A stretch of DNA of 64,000 bases, taken from positions 10,602,001 through 10,666,000 of the forward strand of contig CP075492.1 in assembly GCA_021613535.1 (NCBI GenBank), read 5' to 3'. The notes under the pieces were generated by a model that was given only the letters and a program-made list of their open reading frames with translations, made no database searches and was not told the DNA's origin. The DNA comes from Adineta vaga (lineage: Eukaryota > Animalia > Rotifera). The translations under genes and the position numbers were made by a program. This document shows, piece after piece, positions 52,701 to 64,000 of the stretch. The stretch's first letter is position 1. The number at the start of each line of letters is the position of its first letter.

Positions 52701-54052
52701 AGAGGTAATTCTATGAAAGAAGTACAAGACATCTAATCAAATCTTTCATTCTTTCTTTCTCGTTTAGATTGCAATAAAAATTGACCGTGTCGAAGATAAT
52801 CTATTTTCTTATCGACGTTTTATGGATTTCATTCGCGCGTAAGTGAAATTAACTTGAGAAAAATCCTTCAAATCTTTCCATTTTCTTTTGTAGTAAATCC
52901 GAAAAAGGTTCATCTGTCGTTCGTGATGATAGTTATACGAATATTGCTCAACATACATCGAACGTAATGAACAATAAACGTTTAGCTTCTGCTCCACCCG
53001 AAAATGCGAATCAACCAACTCAACGTCGTTCTCGATTTGATGATAATCCTGTTACGAGTTACGAACATATTCCATCAACAGTAGATGACAATAAACTTAC
53101 GCTCTCTGTAATGTCACCAGGAACAAACTCGAAAAATCGATTCTTTTCATTGAGTCGTCGTTTTCGTTTTCGTACACAATCACCAGATAAAACGCAAGCA
53201 CCATCAGCATCTGTTCATTTTCTTGACCAAGATATTGATTTGGAAACAAAAGAACTAACACCAAGAAAATCGGACAAACCATCAAAAGGAATCTTAAAAA
53301 CACTACGACATCGTTCACCATTTCGTTTTCGCTCGAAAGATGCAGTTATCGTTGAACAAGAACCTGCACCACCATCTCCACCTCCACCAGCGCCAACCCC
53401 TGCACCACCGGAATCTAAATCAACGAAACAAAAAATGCCTCCGGCTGCAACCTTACCTAAACAACGTGGTCGATTAGTTGAATTAAAAAAAGTAACACCT
53501 ACAGGAAAAACATCATCTTCAAATTCAAATGGTACACCAAAGAAAATCGTTAATGTAACACCAATTGTCGATCCATCCAATACATCCGTGGTACGGCGTA
53601 CATCGGGATTAAAAGACCTTATACATCGATTTGATACAACACCATCAAAACCAAAACGCATTGTCATTGATAATCCGTCCGCAACTGAATCTAATACAGA
53701 TGAACATTCATTGAGTCTAGATCTTTCAAATGACGAACAACCCATTGTAACAAACAAATCCAAAACTATCGATATTCCAGATTTATTACAAAATGTTGAA
53801 AAAGAACCAGTAGGAACATTAACTAAACCAACATTAAGACATTCAAATTCAAGTAAACAAACAACTTCATTCGATTCAACAGTAAGTATGGTTAGTGCCA
53901 GTGATTCGATTGTGACAACAGGTAGTGCACGAAAACCTACATCAACAGCACGTCCTCTTATGCTTTCTGTGGTAAGTTGAATGAATAAATTATTGCTATC
54001 GTCTTAATTGACAAATATTTGTTTGTTTTAGAACAAGGAAGAGGCATCTTAA
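46798..54052 (+). CDS. SOGA/MTCL family coiled-coil microtubule cross-linking protein, multi-exon
   Basis: Spliced EMDEITDQFRTEDAEEFKQLQAELEVAAKNCRILQFKLRKAEK and EELLVAKEVSVRLHGELE match SOGA blocks. Long coiled coil followed by a Pro/Ser-rich basic tail. Confidence 0.8.
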
Positions 54053-54647
54053 TACAAATTGTTCAATTTATCTCATCTTTTAATATATTTGTAAAGTTTG
54101 TGTTTTTTTCTTTCTTTTTCCGTATTTATGAACTAAGTTGTATGACAATACAATAAATAAGATTTTTTGACAAATAAAAAGTTTATTCATAAGTATCAAC
54201 CTATTCCACACAAAGATGCATGACAGCAAACGAAATAATCAGACAGTCTTTCTGCTTCATTATCAATACAGTTCCGTTCTTGTCAAATTACAATATTCGA
54301 CTGTTTACTAATTAAAAAAGAAGGTCGAAGAATGTTCCACAATGTTTTATAATGAAGCTATAAAATCGATTATATCTGTTCATGTTTTCATTTATTGTCC
54401 GAAATAGCATCAGTAAGATCAAATTCTGTTTTTTCTTATATTCTATGTAGAGATGAAACAAATTAAATAACGACAACACCAAAAATATCTTGGCAAACAA
54501 ACAAAACGAAAAAAAAAGAAGAAAACTTTCATAACCTTATGTGATTTTTCTCGCTCTCTCTCTCTCTATTTCTAGAATAATAATCATAATAATAATAACA
54601 ATGAAATGAAAAGAAAATATCGGTGGGGAATTTATGATAGAAGATTA

Positions 54648-57353
<2,706 letters not shown>

Positions 57354-57765
57354 GGAAATTTTTATTTTGGAAATAGATAAACAGCAGATGTTCACAAGAA
57401 AATCAACTCAAAACTCTACTAAATATCAATTTTTGATGATTCATACTACGTCGAGTGGCAAATTATTCTGATTGGACGATTGTTCGAAGGTATCGAAAAA
57501 ATATCGTGCTGTTATTTTCTATAGCTGTCACTTTAGGACAAACGATAGATAGATATATATTTATCTTAACTGGAAGTTTTTAAATAACTCTTTTCATTAT
57601 TTTTATGTTCACAGATAATTCAATAAAACGAAATAAATCTTATCTATTTAATTGGTTGTCCGAAAACTTTCAATAAAAGTTACTTCCCTGTGTGGTGTCG
57701 CGATTGGTATTCGAATAAGTAATCGTCAAACAGCAAGACAAGACAATTTATATTCCTTCTTTTAA

Positions 57766-59277
57766 ATGGCCACATCATCTGTTACATATCCTAATCAAAA
57801 TTCTCTCATAGAATTTCACTCTCAACCGAGTCCTACTGTTGAAAATTCCATTGTTATCTGGTTAGATACTAACATAAATCCCCATAGTTCAGAATATTAT
57901 TCACTTCTTATTCAAATGCAACAATTCGTTCATTTAATTTTACCTTTTAATGATCCCGACCAATGTCTGGATTATCTTTCGGATATACAAAATGAAAAAG
58001 TCTTTTTGATCATTTCTGGTCATCTCGGTAAACAGATTATTCCTCTGTTACATCAATTCGATCAAATCAATTCTATTTACATCTATTGTCAAAATCGAGA
58101 CACACATGAGAAATGGACAAAAAACGAAAAACAAATCAAAGGAGTTTTTACAAAAACGGAACCAATTTTTGATGCATTTCGACGAGATTTTCGACAATGT
58201 GAAGATGATCTCTGTTCATTTAGTATTCTATCTTCAGTATATAATGAATTGACTGAATCTAATAAAATATTTCTATATACACAACTATTAAAAGATATTC
58301 TCATTCAAATGGAATATCAACCGAACGATAGAATCAATTTCATCAATCATTGTCAATCAATTTATGAAAATAATCATTATCAATTGAAAGCTATCGAAGA
58401 ATTTCGAAAGAATTATCGACAATCGACTGCTATTCAATGGTATAGAAGCGAATGTTTTATATCTTCGATGTTAAACAAAGCATTTCGTATGCGAGATCTT
58501 GATATTCTTATTCCTATGGGTTTTTTTATTCGAGATCTACATCAAGAACTCTTACGATTATATACCAAACAGAATCATGGAAATAATTTTATTGTTTATC
58601 GAGGACAAGGAATAACTGAGAAACAATTTCAAGCAATACTTGATAATCAACATGGATTTCTTTCATTTAATAATTATCTAATGACTACCACAGATAAAAA
58701 TTTATCTTTGACATATGCACGTTTCTCTAGAGATCATCATCAATTGATAGGAGTTCTATTTCGAATGGAAATTGATCAAATAAATTCAATCTTCGCTTCA
58801 TTGAATAAACTTAATTATGATTCTGAATCAGAAAATGAAATCTTACTCACAACACAAACCGTGTTTCGAATTCATCATGTTGATCAAATCGAAAATGGTC
58901 TTTGGGAAATACAATTGAGATTAACGATGGATGAAATGGAACAATTTTTAGATATTGAAAATCTAATACAAAATGAGAAGAAAGGTAACAATGGACCAGA
59001 ACAACTCAGTGCACTAATGAGTGTTCTAAATGAATTTGAATTACAAACGACAGAAATAACGAATGAACAGATCGAAGAGAGTGATAAACATGATGAAGTG
59101 ATTGAATCATCATCATCATCATCAACAACAATAGAGACAAACATTGAACAGGAACAAAATCATGAAGAGGAAGTTGGAAGAAGTTTGATAATCCTGCAGA
59201 TTCGAGATGGAAGCATGCATTTAGATGAGAGTGAATCTTTTATTCTTCTTCTATTCCGTGATCGAGAAGATAATTAA
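57766..59277 (+). CDS. Intronless ADP-ribosyltransferase (R-S-E clade)-domain protein
   Basis: N-terminal IWLD...VFLIISG...IYIYC domain, AIQWY...LNKAFR, VYRGQG, FNNYLMTT, GVLFRMEID and ENEIL. Acidic tail. Confidence 0.82.
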   Translation: MATSSVTYPNQNSLIEFHSQPSPTVENSIVIWLDTNINPHSSEYYSLLIQMQQFVHLILPFNDPDQCLDYLSDIQNEKVFLIISGHLGKQIIPLLHQFDQINSIYIYCQNRDTHEKWTKNEKQIKGVFTKTEPIFDAFRRDFRQCEDDLCSFSILSSVYNELTESNKIFLYTQLLKDILIQMEYQPNDRINFINHCQSIYENNHYQLKAIEEFRKNYRQSTAIQWYRSECFISSMLNKAFRMRDLDILIPMGFFIRDLHQELLRLYTKQNHGNNFIVYRGQGITEKQFQAILDNQHGFLSFNNYLMTTTDKNLSLTYARFSRDHHQLIGVLFRMEIDQINSIFASLNKLNYDSESENEILLTTQTVFRIHHVDQIENGLWEIQLRLTMDEMEQFLDIENLIQNEKKGNNGPEQLSALMSVLNEFELQTTEITNEQIEESDKHDEVIESSSSSSTTIETNIEQEQNHEEEVGRSLIILQIRDGSMHLDESESFILLLFRDREDN

Positions 59278-59538
59278 TCAGTTGAGACTGTCCAAATCAC
59301 TTCTGATAAATGAGTACTATTATTAGCTATTTATGGAACAATCTGTGATCATTTTATTATAGAAAATTCTTTGCTAGATTTGTTAAACTATGCGTTCAAA
59401 ACCTTTATCTACAGTGTACAGTATTACCTTTAATTTTTTTCTCAGAAAGAGCGAATGATTGAACGAAAAAAGAAAATAATAATCTGTATAAAAGTTGTTG
59501 ATACTTTCAATAATTTGAGGTAGTAAATTAAATACAGC

Positions 59539-60701
59539 CTAATCTTCAAAATAGATACGATAGTATTGATAATTCAACTGAATGACATTGTTATATTCTA
59601 AATAAACCAGAAAGGATATTATTATAGCATCTATTGAAAAAATAGTTGAATTCTATTATACATACATGTTATTGTACTTTCTACTTCCACTGAAGTTGTT
59701 GAATCCAAGGATATTGCAGTTTCAAATGTAATAATATTCAATTCTGATATTGTCGTTTCATCAAGTGTGGACGATTGAGTGACTTCGTCGAATGTATTTG
59801 CAACAGTCGAAATAATCTTTGGTTGTAATAGGATACTAGTGACTGAATCCGTAGTCACTTCTGATGTTTCAATGATGAGATCCAAAGTAGTTGAAATGAT
59901 CGTTGCTGTTGAGAAATCATTGATAATATTATCTTCTGTAGTTATCTCGTTTAAAATGGTGATGAAACTAGAACTATCAATAGTCTGCAAAGATGATGTT
60001 GCAATAGTTGTTACATTTACAATTGTCATTGCTAAAAGAAATATATTGTTACTTTCTCAAATAAAGTTTGCATTAAATATTCACTCTCAGTTATCTTTAT
60101 GAGGCTTTTATTGGTAGCTAAAGAATTGTTCATTAATATCTTTCATACGTATGATAGATTCTACATACCAATAACACCAAGTACTGATGCTAATGCCACA
60201 ATAATTGCTAGACCAATAAAGGCTATTACAAAGGAGATACATAGAGCATTTATCGCTGCACATTTTCTTCGAGATCTAAAATTAAATCAATCAATTCTTT
60301 CATATTCATCATTATTATCATATTATACTTTTTGGTTTTTATATTATTTGTCTCTTCTATATAAATCTAAATTTATCAGTTCATCTCTTCAATATCGATT
60401 TATTCAAATAATAAACATACTCTTTCTTCCAATGGTTCTAATGATTGAATATCTTCTAACTTTAAATATAAGATATAAATTTTAAAAAAACTTTAAGAAT
60501 CTATTTATTTACTTTGACAGAGAGTAAATTATTACGTTCAGGAGCACGATGAACATGTATATTGGAACGACTACGACGTGGTAGATGAACTTTATTTTGA
60601 GTTTCATCATTAAATGTTGAAGGTCTTCGATTTTTATAATTATGATGTAAATTTTTAATTAACACACGATTAACTGCTGGCGTTTTGAATGTTCGTGACA
60701 T
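59539..60701 (-). CDS. Probable type II membrane protein with Ser/Thr-rich extracellular region, multi-exon
   Basis: Basic first exon, then short exons with GT-AG introns, a hydrophobic ALCISFVIAFIGLAIIVALASVLGVI segment and a Thr-rich exon (60029-59665). The 3' end is uncertain. Confidence 0.5.
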
Positions 60702-61634
60702 TGAATAGTTAGGAGTAAAATTACTTTATATATATTTAAATATGAATGAATACTTCCGATTGCTAATGTATATGTATATATTCATCATTTCATTAATCGA
60801 ACATGATGATATATTCCATGAACGAAAATGAAGACTTATAAGTTTGAATATAAAAGAAAAAACATTAATGGTATGAACTTTATTATAAAGAATATTGAAT
60901 TACTCGATGAATTAATTGAAAACTATAAATATGATACAAACTATTCGTATATTGAAGATAATATATATTTGAACACAACTGTCTTCTAGTTCACCTAGAG
61001 AACATATGCTAATATTTCCTCTAGTGAAATGTAAATTTTGTTTGAAATAGAGACGAACAAAGTTGAAGGATGAAGTTATTATTCGTTGGATGAACTCAAG
61101 TGTAAAAGAAACATGTCAATCACGAGATGTTCATAAAAAGTGCTTTGAATATTTGTTGGACAAAAAGAAAGAAGTAACTATAATGTCGTGATTATTTATT
61201 AATCAATTCGACTCTTTTGTTTATATTCATTGAGAAAATAAAGATAAAAAGATAGACTAAGCTTTTTCCAATTTTAAATAGAGCAATGAATCATTATGGA
61301 AGTTAATTCTTATGTAAGAAAAACAATGTATTATATTCATCATCAAAAAAGCAAGTACTCATATTTCTTTGTATACTTATCGCCCACGATATCTTACCGA
61401 ACGTATTCTACTTTATTCAAATGAAACATGTCAGTATTTCATACGAATAGAAGGCGCATAGTATTGTTTTTATAATTGAAACCATACATACACTTTTATG
61501 TTACGTTTTATAGTGAATATCAACCAAAACAAAGGTTTTTATTTTATTTATCTACATATATATATTAATCAATAACGTATAGAAAAGGAGATTTATGTAT
61601 ATAGAACTAATATTAAAATAGAATGATTAAGAAA

Positions 61635-62649
61635 TTAATTTGGTTTGTAGAAACATGTAGTAACAAATTTTTTTTTATATCGAATTGTGGTACTTAATAT
61701 CATAATACCATTCTAAATGATAATAAAAGATAAATTTTCTATTGTAAATTTTCATGAGATAAGAGATAATTACTTGAATTGATAAAGCATATAAATGTCG
61801 AAGCATGACACTATTTGGTTCTGGAAGAACATCAGGATCGCACTACCAAACAATTAAATAAGTAGACCGTTTTTAAATTACAAAGAAAAACTTACATGAG
61901 CTGGTAATTTGCGATTAAGAAGAACATTCAGAAGATGAGGTGGAATACGAGGTGGTGGTGGTTGATCCTTTGGTACAAGTTGATGATTTAAATCTTGTGT
62001 CCATTCATTCATTTCATGTAGAGATAATAAAGTTCCTCCGAAATAATTATTTACATGTGGATCATTAGTATTGACATAAAGAAAATGTACACGACCAAAT
62101 TTCGGATGACATTCAATAGTCTAAACTTATTGTGTTACTTTCAATATCAAAGAAATTTATTAAACATACCTCACTTGGAATAAATCGTGGTCGTCCATTG
62201 ACCAGTATTTGATAATAATGATGACATCCATGAAGTATTTCCATTCGTATTTCATATTTTCCATCTCTATAAATTCCAATAAAAATACAACAAACAGCAA
62301 AGAAAATTCACATACAGTTTATCCATTCGATGTTGAATCCAATCAGTAAATGTTCCTGTAATATATGCATGTGTATCAAGTGGTAGAACAGGTACTGAGA
62401 AAGTCATTGATGTACATTCAATTGATTGAATTGCTTTATCATCTTCATCAACTGCTGGTATACTTTTTGTCGAAATCTAATAGAATGGAATTCAATTTAA
62501 CTGAAATACGTGCTTGTCCTGTATATACTTACTCGTCGTTCTCTTTGTTGTATCGTAACTAAATGTTCATCATCACTATCATGTTTATTAAAGCCAACCG
62601 ATTCACTTGGACGATGTTGACGTTTCGGATGTATTTGATGATTTCCCAT
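61635..62649 (-). CDS. PRKAB: AMP-activated protein kinase beta subunit, divergent, multi-exon
   Basis: MGN myristoylation start, YITGTFTDW (CBM48), PPRIPPHLLNVLLN, DPDVLPEPNSVMLRHLYALSI and TIRYKKKFVTTCFYKP. Not present as a single ORF in the track. Confidence 0.88.
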
Positions 62650-63441
62650 TGTTCTTATTCCTCACCCTTTCAATATTTGCTTTATGTATATATGTGTATA
62701 CATGAATTATATATATAAAATGAAGTCGATACAAAAAAGAAAACAACGTGAGAATATGTAGAAAGGAACATTTGGCCTGTCTAGTTCGTACTTTTCTCAC
62801 AGAGATAAGTACATGTCTGAAATATTTGACGCAGTTTAATTTCCTAATGATAAACATGATCATATGAGGATTCTGTTTATAGTTTGAATGAAGACATAAT
62901 TTCACTCGAATGAAATAAGAAAACATTTACTTTTGTCTCCTATCGTTTTCTTTATTCAATTTATTTAATAATTGAAGAATAATATAAAGGAAAATCTTTG
63001 TTAAATTACAACTTAATCTTTATTTGACTCACCGGTAGTTATTTTCTATTCACCTGTGTAGTTTTTATCCTTTGTCAATAAATTTTCAAGTGTTTGATAT
63101 TCGAAAGAAAAAAAATTTTGATGAAAAATTTCGAATTTGATCTGTTGGACACAGAACTCATCAGCACATTTGACTTTTCTTGTTTATTGACAAAAAGCAA
63201 ATTCGAATCCTCGTCACAATTAATCATGGTTTACCTTCATTATCATACAAAAACATGTTTATTATTTTAATCGAATATCGACAATATATTGAAATAGAAT
63301 CATATTACCAAAAAGAAGAAAAAAGAAAAAGAGAAAAGCGAAAATCGAGCAGTAAGCTAAGAAAAGATAGAAGATAGAGACCATATATACATCATTGTTG
63401 TTACTTACTTTCATCATTTCATTGTCATCCGACGTTTGGAT

Positions 63442-63759
63442 ATGATGCGCATCGTTCTTCTTTCATTCGTTGCACTTCTACTTATACAACAGACGTTTGC
63501 TGGTGATTGTCTATGCAGTTGTTGTACGTCGAAATCTTGTACACCTAGTTATATTGGTTCTCAGTATGTTTGGTTTTGTTCAGCGGCAACATGTACACGA
63601 GATAAATGTGTAGGATCGTATCATCAAAATTGTCCACCAGCAGATGCGCCAGGAATTACTGAAGCATATTGTCGAAATGGTACGGAAAGATTATTTTCAT
63701 CACTTTATATTTTAACTGGTCTTATTTCGATGATTTTACTAATAAAAAATCAACTTTAA
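63442..63759 (+). CDS. Small secreted Cys-rich protein, probably GPI-anchored
   Basis: Signal peptide, 10 Cys (CLCSCC...C...C...C...C...C...C) and a hydrophobic C-terminus. Confidence 0.75.
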   Translation: MMRIVLLSFVALLLIQQTFAGDCLCSCCTSKSCTPSYIGSQYVWFCSAATCTRDKCVGSYHQNCPPADAPGITEAYCRNGTERLFSSLYILTGLISMILLIKNQL

Positions 63760-64000
63760 CTCGAAAAATAAAACATTGAAATATTTTCTCGAGTTTTTTT
63801 AATTCATCTATTCTCATCGGATTTTCTTTTTCTTTTCGTTAACAAATAAATCTTATTTTAATTAATTAATAATCACATCAATCAGACTATATCCGTTCTT
63901 CTAGTTGGAAAATGTGGAATTCAAATATAACATTCATAGAAGCACACTTTCATATCATTTATTTATTAGTCATTATTGCTTTTTCTTTTAATTTAGGATT

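Noticed and set aside
53215-53763. 182-aa minus-strand ORF
   Set aside because: It is antisense to the Pro/Ser-rich last large exon of the SOGA-like gene.

Overview
AT-rich, gene-dense eukaryotic (animal) DNA with many short (~45-60 nt) GT-AG introns, so most ORF-track entries are exon fragments or antisense noise. The intron style, composition and an R-S-E ADP-ribosyltransferase of a type expanded in bdelloid rotifers point to a bdelloid (inference). By manual splicing I find about 23 protein genes and one tRNA. In order: GH18 chitinase, two tandem acid sphingomyelinases, dispanin/CD225, CLIC, a 2-TM protein, intronless SLC44, a C2H2 zinc-finger protein, tetraspanin / flavin amine oxidase / frameshifted tetraspanin, an LRR-FN3 receptor, tRNA-Val(CAC), BBS4, a degenerate pantothenate kinase, a mucin-stalk receptor, a SUEL-like lectin, SOGA/MTCL, ZnT5, the ART, AMPK-beta and small Cys-rich proteins. 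The most striking structure is a complete 5-exon, ~410-aa NUDT9-homology gene without a Nudix box. It fills a 1.53-kb intron of sphingomyelinase copy 1 on the opposite strand, while the same intron in copy 2 is 48 nt. Several other apparent pseudoenzymes or degenerate domains occur (PanK, ART STS motif, AMPK-beta CBM48). No CRISPR array, transposase or rRNA was seen.
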